Shown piece after piece: positions 39,180-48,900 of a stretch of DNA of 53,109 nt. Location: NCBI GenBank assembly GCA_050012475.1, contig JBEKHC010000027.1, forward strand, positions 1-53,109. Direction: 5' to 3'. Position 1 is the first letter of the stretch. Each line of letters begins with the position of its first letter. The position numbers were made by a program, and so were the translations under genes. Source of the DNA: Candidatus Velthaea sp. (lineage in GTDB: Bacteria > Vulcanimicrobiota > Vulcanimicrobiia > Vulcanimicrobiales > Vulcanimicrobiaceae). The notes beneath the pieces were generated by a model, which was not told the origin of the DNA, searched no databases, and saw nothing but the letters and a program-made list of their open reading frames with translations.

Positions 39180-39227
39180 GGATGCGTGCTCTCGGCTTCG
39201 CTCGGATGGGTGCCCTCGGCTTCGCTC
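39180..39227. repeat. Two tandem 24-bp repeats
   Basis: GGATGCGTGCTCTCGGCTTCGCTC / GGATGGGTGCCCTCGGCTTCGCTC (2 mismatches), followed by a decayed third unit. Confidence 0.75.
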
Positions 39228-39304
39228 GGTACGCCCGACCCCTCCGGCTTGGGCGAAGGTTGAAACGCGACGGGTTGCGCGCTGCAACCCACGAGGAGAA
39301 GAGG

Positions 39305-39796
39305 ATGAACGCGCTTGCGATCTGCGTTGACGGAGTAGAAGATGACGAACTCATTGACGCCGCCCTTGCGTGGACCGCTCGATTCGACCGGATCGACGTT
39401 TGGTGCGCGTACGGCGACGCCGCCGCGCGGGAGTTGGCGTACGTACGCGGGCGTCACGGCCGGCCGCCGCCCGAGCATCACGCGCCGCCGCCCGGACCGC
39501 CTCCCCCGCCGCACCACGACAGCGTTGACCAAGAGCAAGCCCAGGCGATCGTACAACGCGCGTCGGCGCTGCTGCGGGCGCACCAGATCGATGCCCACGA
39601 GCGCATCCTGGGCGGCTCGGATTCCGGTCACGCACTGGCGCAAGCGAGTACCCCCGACGTCGCGCTGTTTCTCGCAGCGGGACACGGCGCCGGCACGGGA
39701 CCAAAATCGGTCGGGCACGTCGCGCGTTTCGTCATCGACCACGCGGTTGGGCCGGTGATCGTCGTGCGTCTTCGCTCCGGCGCCGAGCGTTGGTGA
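39305..39796 (+). CDS. Universal stress protein (USP)-like protein with Pro/His-rich insertion
   Basis: LAICVDG N-terminus and GPKSVGHVARFVIDHAVGPVIVVR C-terminus; GAGGAG/GAGG RBS. Confidence 0.8.
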   Translation: MNALAICVDGVEDDELIDAALAWTARFDRIDVWCAYGDAAARELAYVRGRHGRPPPEHHAPPPGPPPPPHHDSVDQEQAQAIVQRASALLRAHQIDAHERILGGSDSGHALAQASTPDVALFLAAGHGAGTGPKSVGHVARFVIDHAVGPVIVVRLRSGAERW

Positions 39797-39806
39797 AACG
39801 GCAATG

Positions 39807-39845
39807 AAAACGACAATGCCGGCGCAGGTGCGCCGGCATTGTCGT
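39807..39845 (-). terminator. Intrinsic terminator of the S53 protease gene (copy 1)
   Basis: Perfect stem ACGACAATGCCGGCGC-aggt-GCGCCGGCATTGTCGT, with a short T-run on the minus strand; lies between convergent genes. Confidence 0.8.
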
Positions 39846-39864
39846 CCCCTCGCTTCGAAGGCGG

Positions 39865-41085
39865 TTAGAAGGCCGCGATCCCGTTCGGGCTGCCCAGTCC
39901 GGCGGGGCCGCTGTAACCGCTGCCCGCGCTGCACAAGTATGCCGTCGAACACGTGCCGTTCGTGCCGCCGGTGACCGCGAAGAGCGCGCTGCGGTTCGCG
40001 TAGAGCGAGGATGCAGCGTTCAGCTCTGCACCGTTGGCCGCGAGGGCGTAGACGCCGGCGACGATCGGTGTCGAGACGCTGGTGCCGCCCATCTGGATCC
40101 AGCCGCTATCCTGATACGAATCGTACACCGCGACCGGCGTGTTCGGATCGCCGACCGCCGCGACGTCCGCCACGGTCCGCATCGCGCAGCCGCTGTCTGT
40201 TTGCCAGGTGGGCTTGGCGGCATACGCGCTGCAGCCGCTTGCAGTGCCGGACCAGACCGTTTCGGTCCAGCCGCGTGCCGTCGAAGCGGCCGCGACCAAC
40301 GATGTCGCGCCGACCGCGATCACGTTCGGCGCTGCGGCGGGCCAATCGACGCTACCATAGCCTTGATCGCCGGCGGCGGCAACGATCGGAACGCCCGGGT
40401 GCGACCACGCCGCGGCCGATTCGCTTTTCGTTTCGGGGATCGCGTAACTATTGCTCACGACGGTCGCGCCGGCGCTGATCGCGGCCGAAACCGCGGCGGC
40501 CAGATCGCTGCTTTTCGTCGACTTCGCTTCGCTCACGACCAGTTTGCATTGCGGACAAATCGCCGACGCCATGTCGACGTCGATCGAAAACTCGTGCGCC
40601 CAGTTGACGTCGGCTTGCGGCTTATTTTTTGCCGTGAGAACGGTCAAACAGCCGCTGCTCGACGAGCACGCGGGAAGGCCGAAGGTGGAGCGGTACACCG
40701 CTAGATCCGCCTCGAGATTCGGATCGTCGTTGACGGCGACGATCCCGATCGTCTGACCGCTGCCAGCAGTCGCCGACGGTAAATTATACGCACTCTGCAG
40801 ATCGCCCGGATGGAATCCGGGAACCTGGCCGGCCGGCGTCGTCGGACCGTACACGGCGCCGCCGGCGATTTTGACATTCGTGCAGCCGGCGATGCCCGTC
40901 GAGCCGGCCGGACAGCCGGCGGCCAGTGCGCGCGCGCCTTCGCCGGTGCGCTGCGAGCCCACGACGGTCGTGCTGACCGGGGCGCCAGTGCTTGGAACTG
41001 CGGTCGACGACACGCCGGAGCTACATGCGGGTAACGCAAAAACAGCCGTCACGGCGAGCCGTTGGAAAAGTCTCCTTGAAATCAC
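39865..41085 (-). CDS. S53 (sedolisin-type) serine protease lipoprotein, copy 1
   Basis: LPAC lipobox; DLQSAYNLP...GSGQTIGIV, HEFSID (E-x3-D), AAAGDQG oxyanion Asp, GGTS nucleophile and GLGSPNG C-terminus. Confidence 0.88.
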   Translation of the reverse strand: MISRRLFQRLAVTAVFALPACSSGVSSTAVPSTGAPVSTTVVGSQRTGEGARALAAGCPAGSTGIAGCTNVKIAGGAVYGPTTPAGQVPGFHPGDLQSAYNLPSATAGSGQTIGIVAVNDDPNLEADLAVYRSTFGLPACSSSSGCLTVLTAKNKPQADVNWAHEFSIDVDMASAICPQCKLVVSEAKSTKSSDLAAAVSAAISAGATVVSNSYAIPETKSESAAAWSHPGVPIVAAAGDQGYGSVDWPAAAPNVIAVGATSLVAAASTARGWTETVWSGTASGCSAYAAKPTWQTDSGCAMRTVADVAAVGDPNTPVAVYDSYQDSGWIQMGGTSVSTPIVAGVYALAANGAELNAASSLYANRSALFAVTGGTNGTCSTAYLCSAGSGYSGPAGLGSPNGIAAF

Positions 41086-41146
41086 ACGTCCATCCTTTGG
41101 TCCAAGGTCGATCGCCTCGGGCGCTTAAATTCTCTCGTCCGTTTTG

Positions 41147-41174
41147 CTATCGGCACTTCGTCAAGCAAACATTA
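41147..41174 (-). promoter_or_regulatory. Sigma28-like promoter of S53 copy 1
   Basis: Minus strand TAATGTTT-N12-GCCGATAG versus the E. coli sigma28 consensus TAAAGTTT-N11-GCCGATAA. Confidence 0.65.
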
Positions 41175-41182
41175 CCTGGACG

Positions 41183-44100
41183 TTACGGAATCTTGAGCGT
41201 CGGCGCTTTGCCGAGCCGGCCGAGCACGACGCGGACCATCGCCTCGACGACCTCGGGATCGAATTGCGTTCCGCGGTTGCGGTCGAGTTCGTCGAGTGCC
41301 TCCATCGGTGAAAGCGGCAGGCGGTACGGGCGCCGCCCGATCATCGCGTTGAACGAGTCGGCGACGGCGACGATGCGCGAAGCCAGCGGGATCGCGCCGG
41401 ACCGCAGTCCGTCGGGATAGCCGCCGCCGTCGAGGCGCTCGTGGTGAGCGCGCACGACCGGCACGAGCGGTGCCAACACCGGCACGCGGCCCAGGATGCG
41501 GCCGCCTTCCGCGGCGTGATCGCGCATGATCGCCCATTCATCCGGACTGAGCCGGCGCGGCGCGTCGAGGATTGCCGACGGCGTGCGCATCTTGCCGATA
41601 TCGTGGATGAGGCCGCTGCGCGAAACGTACGTGATTTCATCTTGCGTCAAGCCGAGGACGCGGCCCAAGCGCGCACACCATGCCGAGACCGCCCGCGAAT
41701 GTTCGGCCATCAGCGGTGCGGCTTCATCGAGCCGTTCGATGAGCGCTTCGATCGACGCGTCGACGTTTTCGGCCAGCCGGACGAAGCCCGGAGCGGTGGG
41801 GAGAAACGCCGCGACCTGTTGGCGCACGGTGCCCAACGCCTCCGGCGCGCTACGCTCGAGGCCGGCCTGTTCGGTCGCCCAGTGCTCGAATCGCGCGCGC
41901 AGGCCGCTCTCGCCGGACTGCGGCGCTGGGGCCGCCGCGAACCAGCCGCGCAGCGAGCCCGCATCGCCGCATTCGACGGCAGCCGCGAAGCGCTCCGCCG
42001 GATCTTGGCGAGCCAGGATCGCGCCGATAGTCTCGCTCGCGCGCGCGGACCGGCGCGGCAATGCCTCGATCAACTTTGCCATGCCGCCGAAGGACACGTT
42101 CCACAGTTTCGCGAGCGGGACGGTAAGCTCGCGCGCAAAGCGTTCCGGGTCGGCCCAGCCGGCGATCATCGCCCCGACGACGCCGCGCAGCGCGCGCAAC
42201 CGTGGCGCCGTCCCGAGCGTGAGGTCGTCGGCCGCATTTGTCCAGCGGCGGGCTGCGTCGACATCGTCACCGGCGAGCGCCGCCAGGGCGAGCGTGAGCA
42301 ACGCCAACCCATATTGGGTTGGCCGTTCGGAGCACGCGCGCAATGCGTCGCGGGCTTTGCCGCACGCCTCCTGGGCGGCATGCGCTTCGCCGGCCGCCGC
42401 GCAATACAATGCGATCCACGCCCAGCACGACGCCGTGCGCGCCGGCGTTCCTTGATGCTCGGCGGTCGGCCGAAGGAGCCGTTGCGCTGCATCGAAGTCG
42501 CCGCTCCAGCCCGCGCGCAGCGCCTTTGCGGGGAGCAGCGTCTCCATCGTCGCGGCGGTGCCGTCGTGCTTTTCGATCGTCGCGAGCTGACGATCGAGTT
42601 CCGCGATCGCTTCTTCGTTGCCGGCTTCGACGTGCAATTCATACGTGCAGAGCGTGACGTAGAGATCGAAACGCAGCGTTCCCGACCTGATCCCGACGTT
42701 GCGCATGCACTCCAGATACTCCAAGCACGCGGCGGCGTCGTCGTCGCAGTCGTACGCGATCTGATAGAGCACCGAATAGGTTGAGGCGGCGACGTCGTAG
42801 AGACAGTTTGCTTCCGCCAGCGGTGCCGCGATGCGCGCACGTTCGCGCGCCAGCACCGGGTCGCCGCTTTCGATGGCGACGTACGCCGCTCGGGCGAGAA
42901 CGCGAGCGCGCAGCGCCTCCGATGAGTTCGGGTCGAGCTGCGCCAGCGCTGCGTTCGTTTGCGCGACTGCTTCGTTCAGGCGGTTTGCGGCGGTCAGCGC
43001 CTGACCGAACGACGATCGAACGTCGGTGAGAACGGCGCGCGGGAGCGTCGTCGAGTCGACGAACGGAGCCAGCACGTCGCAGGCGTCGTCACGCCGGCGC
43101 AGGGCCAGCTCGCGCGCATAATACGTCGCGATGGCAACGCGCACCGCTTCGTCGTCCGCCTTCTCCAAACCGAGCCGAAACCAGGCTTCGGCCGTGTCGA
43201 GCCGCCCGCCGCGCGCTTCGAGGTAGCCGCGCAGAGCGGTCGCGCTCGCACCCAGCGATTGTTCGGGCGTGCCGAAAGCCTGCAGCGTTTCGTTGACGAC
43301 ATCGACCTCGCCGGCTTCCAGAATCTCGAAACCATGCGCGTCGAGCAGCCGGCTCATCGGATCGATCAGGCGGTTGCGGGTGGCGACCTCCAGCGCCGCG
43401 GCCGGGCGGCCGGAGAGCGTCAGCGCCTCGACTGCTCCCAGCGCGATGACCGCTCGCATTTCGGGAGCGCACGATCGAAATTGCCGGTCGAGATAGTCGC
43501 GGAAGCGGTCGTGAAAGCGAAGGTTTCCGTCGACTTGCCGGTCCCACAGAAACCCCGCGTCTTCGCTGAGCGCGCGGATGATGGCCGGCGCATCGTCCCA
43601 TCCGCAGAGCGCGAGCAACTGGCCGTCGGTGCTCGGAAGCAGCGTCGCGCTAAACAGAAATGCGCGTTCCGCTGCGGTACGCCGGGCAAAGATTCGACCC
43701 GCGATGGCGGCGAAGTCTGCCGGGATGCCTTCGGCGGTGAACTCGTGCGGATCGCAGCGCAAGCGCGTGAGGGCGTAGTCGACGGCGATCGCCAATCCGC
43801 CGGTCGCCGCGCACAGCGTGTCGACTTCCCGGGAATCGAGTCCGAGACCCGAACGCCGGGCTGCCTGCGCGATCTCGTCGTGCGTGAATCGCAGTTCTGC
43901 TTCGTCGATGGGGCGCTCCATCCGCCGCGTCGCCATCCAGAGCGGGATGGGGAGCGCGCCGACGCTGCGGACCGTCAGCGTCAGGGGCGAGTCCGGCCGG
44001 AGTTCGACCAGCTTGGCGATGAAGGCGGCGATGCTCGGATCGTCGGCGGCGTGCAGATCGTCGACGACGAGGTGCCGCTCGATGCCGTGCACGTGTTCGG

Positions 44101-44443
44101 CCAACCAATGGGCGAGCACGATCGCCGGTGCGGGAGATTGCAGCGCTCGTTCCCACGCTCGGGGAAACGACGCTTGGGCTCCCGGAGCAGCGCCGGCGAC
44201 CGCGCAGGCCAGTCCGTGAACGAAGCGCGCGAACGTCGTTACACCGTTGCCGGCCCGAAAATAGATCGCGTTCGGGTCGGACCGCAACGGCCGCACGAGT
44301 TCGCTCTTGCCCGCGCCGGGCGGCCCGGCGATGACGGCGATCGAAGCCGCGGCAGGTCCGGCCAATCGGCCTTCGAGGCGTGGGCGGGAGAGATGTTCGC
44401 GCGCCTCGTCGCCGGAGCGCGGTTGTCGATCGAGCAGCATCAT
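41183..44443 (-). CDS. MalT/LAL-type STAND NTPase-helical repeat protein fused to a C-terminal HD-GYP phosphodiesterase, copy 1
   Basis: RPRL, GPPGAGKS, LVVDDLH, LRFTHDE and FHDRFRDYL MalT-like motifs; C-terminal EHS, HDIGK, RDH, HHERLDGGGYPDGL, VAD, RPYR and GTQFDP. Confidence 0.88.
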   Translation of the reverse strand: MMLLDRQPRSGDEAREHLSRPRLEGRLAGPAAASIAVIAGPPGAGKSELVRPLRSDPNAIYFRAGNGVTTFARFVHGLACAVAGAAPGAQASFPRAWERALQSPAPAIVLAHWLAEHVHGIERHLVVDDLHAADDPSIAAFIAKLVELRPDSPLTLTVRSVGALPIPLWMATRRMERPIDEAELRFTHDEIAQAARRSGLGLDSREVDTLCAATGGLAIAVDYALTRLRCDPHEFTAEGIPADFAAIAGRIFARRTAAERAFLFSATLLPSTDGQLLALCGWDDAPAIIRALSEDAGFLWDRQVDGNLRFHDRFRDYLDRQFRSCAPEMRAVIALGAVEALTLSGRPAAALEVATRNRLIDPMSRLLDAHGFEILEAGEVDVVNETLQAFGTPEQSLGASATALRGYLEARGGRLDTAEAWFRLGLEKADDEAVRVAIATYYARELALRRRDDACDVLAPFVDSTTLPRAVLTDVRSSFGQALTAANRLNEAVAQTNAALAQLDPNSSEALRARVLARAAYVAIESGDPVLARERARIAAPLAEANCLYDVAASTYSVLYQIAYDCDDDAAACLEYLECMRNVGIRSGTLRFDLYVTLCTYELHVEAGNEEAIAELDRQLATIEKHDGTAATMETLLPAKALRAGWSGDFDAAQRLLRPTAEHQGTPARTASCWAWIALYCAAAGEAHAAQEACGKARDALRACSERPTQYGLALLTLALAALAGDDVDAARRWTNAADDLTLGTAPRLRALRGVVGAMIAGWADPERFARELTVPLAKLWNVSFGGMAKLIEALPRRSARASETIGAILARQDPAERFAAAVECGDAGSLRGWFAAAPAPQSGESGLRARFEHWATEQAGLERSAPEALGTVRQQVAAFLPTAPGFVRLAENVDASIEALIERLDEAAPLMAEHSRAVSAWCARLGRVLGLTQDEITYVSRSGLIHDIGKMRTPSAILDAPRRLSPDEWAIMRDHAAEGGRILGRVPVLAPLVPVVRAHHERLDGGGYPDGLRSGAIPLASRIVAVADSFNAMIGRRPYRLPLSPMEALDELDRNRGTQFDPEVVEAMVRVVLGRLGKAPTLKIP

Positions 44444-44615
44444 GCGTTGAGCATCGGTGACGTCGGACTACTCCTCGGAAAGGGGGCAGCGGCGCCGGTG
44501 TCCTGTTCTTGTCATCGGTCAACCGACGCGCAAACGCGAGGAACGGCAGCGGCGCAAGCGGTGCGCGCGGGCGAGGCGCTCCGCTTGCGCATCGTGCGCA
44601 AGAGGTGGAACCGCG

Positions 44616-45851
44616 TTAGAAGGCCGCGATGCCGTCGGGCGAGCCCATGCCGGACGGGCCGTTATAGCCGGCTTCGGCGGTGCAAAGATACGCGACCGTG
44701 CAGATTCCGTTCGAGCCGGATGTCACCGGGAACAGCGAACTCGCGTGGGTGTACAGCGATTGCGCGCCGGTGAGCGAGGCGCCGTTGCCGGCCAGTGCGT
44801 AGACACCGGCGACGATCGGGGCCGAGACGCTCGTTCCACCCATTTGGATCCAGCCATTGTCCTCATACGTGTCGTAGACGGCGACGGGCGTATTGGGATC
44901 GCCGACCGCTGCCACGTCGGCAACGGTGCGCATCGAACAACCGGAGTCCAGCTGCCAGGACGGTTTCGCGGCGACGGCGCTGCAGGCACTGCCGGTTCCG
45001 GACCATGCCGTTTCCGTCCAGCCGCGCGCCGTTGCAGCGTTGGCGGTCAGGGTGGTCGCGCCGACCGCGATGACGTCGGTCGCCGCCGCCGGCCAGTTCG
45101 CCGTCGAGTAGCCGGTATCGCCGGCCGCAGCAACGATCGGCACGCCGGTATGAGCCCACGTCGCGTTGGCTTCGGGAGCCGATTCCGGGATCGCAAAGCT
45201 GTTGCTCACGACGGTGGCGCCGTCTTTGACGACCGCAGCGTCGGCGCCCACGAGATTGACCGCCGCATTGGTGGCGATCTGCGCGACGATCAGTTTGCAA
45301 TTGGGACATACCGCGGAGGCCATGTCGACGTCGATCGACGCTTCGTGCGCCCAATTCGCGCTCGCAGCCGGCGCGCCGGTTCCGGTCAAAATCTTCAAGC
45401 AGCCGCTCGCGGACGTGCAGGCTGGCAAACCGAACGTCTTGCGATACACCGCGAGATCGCTTTCAAGGTTCGCGTCGGTGCCAATGACGACGATGCCGAT
45501 CGTCTGTCCCTTGCCCGCGGTCGAAGCGGGCAGTTTGTAGGCCGACTGCAGATCGGCGGGGTGAAAGCCGGGGATCTGCGCGGCCGTCGCGCTCGCGCCC
45601 AGCGCGGTACCCGCAACTTCGATGTTGGTGCAGTTACCGGTTTCGAGAACGGCCGCCGTCCCCGAGCAATTCGCGGCAAATGCGCGCGCGCTTTCGACCG
45701 ACCGTTTCGCGATCGTGGTGCTGACGGCGCCGGTGTCCGTCGCGGAAGCTTGCGTCGTGGGAACTTGCGCCGAGGAACCGCCGGTGCTGCACGCGGGCAA
45801 CGCGAAGACTGCGCAGACGGCGATGCCTTGGAACAATCGATTTTTGAACAA
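44616..45851 (-). CDS. S53 (sedolisin-type) serine protease lipoprotein, copy 2
   Basis: LPAC lipobox; HEASID, AAAGDTG, GGTS and GMGSPDGIAAF; colinear paralog of 39865-41085. Confidence 0.88.
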   Translation of the reverse strand: MFKNRLFQGIAVCAVFALPACSTGGSSAQVPTTQASATDTGAVSTTIAKRSVESARAFAANCSGTAAVLETGNCTNIEVAGTALGASATAAQIPGFHPADLQSAYKLPASTAGKGQTIGIVVIGTDANLESDLAVYRKTFGLPACTSASGCLKILTGTGAPAASANWAHEASIDVDMASAVCPNCKLIVAQIATNAAVNLVGADAAVVKDGATVVSNSFAIPESAPEANATWAHTGVPIVAAAGDTGYSTANWPAAATDVIAVGATTLTANAATARGWTETAWSGTGSACSAVAAKPSWQLDSGCSMRTVADVAAVGDPNTPVAVYDTYEDNGWIQMGGTSVSAPIVAGVYALAGNGASLTGAQSLYTHASSLFPVTSGSNGICTVAYLCTAEAGYNGPSGMGSPDGIAAF

Positions 45852-45897
45852 AATTCCGCCCTAATCTTGATGCCGAAAGGAGTGTATGGTTCCTGTG

Positions 45898-45924
45898 TTA
45901 TCGGCACTTCGTAAGGGAAATGTA
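45898..45924 (-). promoter_or_regulatory. Sigma28-like promoter of S53 copy 2
   Basis: Minus strand TACA-N15-GCCGATAA; shares the 14-mer ACGAAGTGCCGATA with the copy 1 promoter. Confidence 0.65.
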
Positions 45925-48900
45925 AGGTTTCGGTTCGGGAATCTTGATCGCTCCGGGATCGGCGAGGCGTCCTGCCACGACGCGAACCATCGCCTCGACC
46001 ACCTCGGGATCGAACTGCGTTCCGCGGTGGCGTTCGAGTTCGCTCAGAGCGTCGGGGGGTGAAAGCGGCAAGCGATAGGGGCGCCGACCGATCATTGCGT
46101 TGAAGCAGTCGGCGACGGTCACGATGCGCGTCGTGAGCGGGATCGCGCTCGAACGCAAGCCGTCGGGGTAGCCTCGGCCGTCAAGACGCTCGTGGTGGCC
46201 GCGGACGATCGGGATCAGCGGTTCGAGCAGCGAGATACCAGCGACGATGCGTGCGCCTTCGGCGGCATGATCGCGCATGATGAGCCATTCTTGCTCGGTC
46301 AGCGCACGCGGAGCGTTCAAGATCTCGGGCGGGGTGCGAATTTTGCCGATGTCGTGGATCAGCCCGCAGCGAGCTGCAAACAAGATGTGCTCTTCATCGA
46401 GGCCCAGAGCCCGGGCGACGCGTGCGCACCAGGCCGAGACGGCACGCGAATGTTCGGCCATCAGCGGCGCGGCTACGTCCAAGCCGTCGACGAGGTCGGC
46501 CAATGCCGCATCGATGTCGTCGTCGACGCGAGCCGGCGACCGCGGGCGCCGGCGATAGGCTCCGAGCTCTCGGCGAACGTGGCCGACTTGCGCCCTTCGC
46601 TCGCGCGCCAAACCGGGGTGCGCGCCGGCCCAGCGTTCGAACTGCTCCGGCAGTGGAGCACCGCAGAAGATCGAGTCGGGTGCCGCATCGAGCCACCGAC
46701 CCAACGAGCCGGCTTCATCTCCGCCGGCAACTACGGCGGCGAAGCGGTTCATCAACTCGCGGCGTGCCAAGACGCTGCCGATTGTTTCGTTCGAGCGCCC
46801 CGGTGCGAATCGGTACGGCAACGCCTCGATGAGTTTCGCCATGCCGCCGAACCAATGTCGGCGCAACCCGTCGAGGACGCTCGGGATGGCCCGATCGAAG
46901 CGCTGCGTGTCGGTCGACGCGTCGATCAGCGCGTTGACCGCGCAGTGCAGCGCGTGGAGCCGGGGCGCGCGGGAGCTCGTCGTTCGATCCGCGCGGCTCG
47001 CCCATTCAGAAGCGCGGTGGACATCGCCGTTGACCCACGCCGTGAGCGCCAGCGTCAGCAGCGCCAAGCCGAACTGCACCGAGGCGGAAGCGGCATGCGA
47101 CAACTCGGCTTCGGCCTTGTGAACGGCCGCATCCGACTGCTCGGGATCGCCGCCCGCTGCGCTGTAGAGCCCGATCTGCGCCCAACACAAGGCTTTGCGC
47201 GCCGGCGTCGCCTGATGTTCGACGGTCGCTCGCAAGAGTCGCCCGGCCGCCGCAAAATCTCCCCTCCACCCCGCTTGGAGGGCCTTCCCCGGAACCAGGG
47301 TCTCCATAACGGCCAGGGCCGTATCGTGTTTGTCGATGACCGCGATCTGGCGGTCGAGCGCGTTCAACGCTTCCTCGTCGCCGGCTTCGGCATCGAGTTC
47401 GTAGAGGCAAAGCAGGACGTAGGATTCGAGCCGCAGCGTTCCCGATTTGATGCCCAGGTCGCGCAGCCGGCAGAGATGGTCGCGGCTCGCGACGGCGTCG
47501 TCGTCGATATCGTACGCGATCTGATACAGCACCGAGTACGTCGAGGCGGCGACGTCGTACAGTGACTGGCTGATCGCGAGCGGTGCGGCAATGAACGCGC
47601 GCTCGCGTGCGAGTTCGGCGTCGCCGCTCTCGAGCGCGACGTAGGCGGCGCGGGCGAAAACGCGCGCGCGGAGCGCAGGCGGCGAGCCGGCTTCGAGCAG
47701 CGCCAACGCTTCATTCGTTCGCGCGCACGCTTCGTCCAGCCGGTTGGCGGCCGTGAGCGCCTGCGCGAACGACGATTGAACGTCGATGAGTTCGGAGCGC
47801 GCGAGCGTGGGCGAGTCGACAAACGGCGCCATGATTTCCCAAGCGTCTTCGCGGCGCCGAACCGCTAACTCGCGTGCATAGTACATCGCGATGCCCAGCC
47901 GCACCGACTCGTCGTGAGCCTTGGACAAGCCCAGCCGAAACCACGCCTCGGCCGTGTCGAGGTGCCCGCGTCGCGCCTCGAGGTACCCGCGCAATGCGCT
48001 TGCGCTCGGCCCGAGCGCTTCTTCGGGGCCGTCGCAGGCACCCAGCGCTTCGCCGATCACGTCGATTTCGCCGGATTCGAGAATCTCGAAGCCGCGTTCA
48101 TCGAGCAGATCGCGTGCCGCTTCGATCAGACCTTGCTTGGTGGCGACTTCGAGCGCTTCGGCGTGACGGCCGGCGGCCGCAAGCGAATCGACGGTTTGGT
48201 GGGCGATGCGCGAACGGAACTCGCGTGTGCAGTCCAGGAAATGGCGGTCGAGATAGGTGCGAAAGCGGTCGTGGAAAGCGATGCCGCCCGCGCTGCGCGT
48301 TTCCCACATGAACGGCGCATCGCTGCTCATGGCGCTGCGCAAAGCGGGGGCATCGTCCCAGCCCGATAAGCCCAGCAGTTCGTCTTCGATCGTCGGGAAG
48401 AGTGCGGCGCTGCGCAAAAAAGCGCGTTCGCGTTCGGTTCTCCGTGCGAAAACGCAATCGGCGATGGCCTCGAAATTCCGCGGAGCACTGCGACGAGAAA
48501 ACGCGAACGGATCGCGGCGCAGTCGCGTCAGCGCGTACGCGAGTGCTATCGCGGATCCGCCCGTGGCCGTGAGCAACGCGTCCACTTCGTGGTCGTACAG
48601 CTTGAGGCCGTGGTGCGCGGCGATGGCGAACGCTTCGGAGCGGTCGAAGCACAGTTCGCTTTCGTCGATCGGCCGTTCCATGCGCCGGGTCGCCATCCAC
48701 AGCGCGATCGGCAAAGCGCCGACGCTGCGAGCGGCAATGGTGAGCGCCGCGTTCGGCCGCAGTTCAGCGAGCTTGCCGATGAATGCGGCGATGCTCGGGT
48801 CGTCGCCGGCGGCGTGCAGGTCGTCGATGACGATCCGTTGATCGAGACCCTGCAGATGCTCGCAGAACCAGTGCGCAAGGACGATTGCGGGCGCGGGCGA

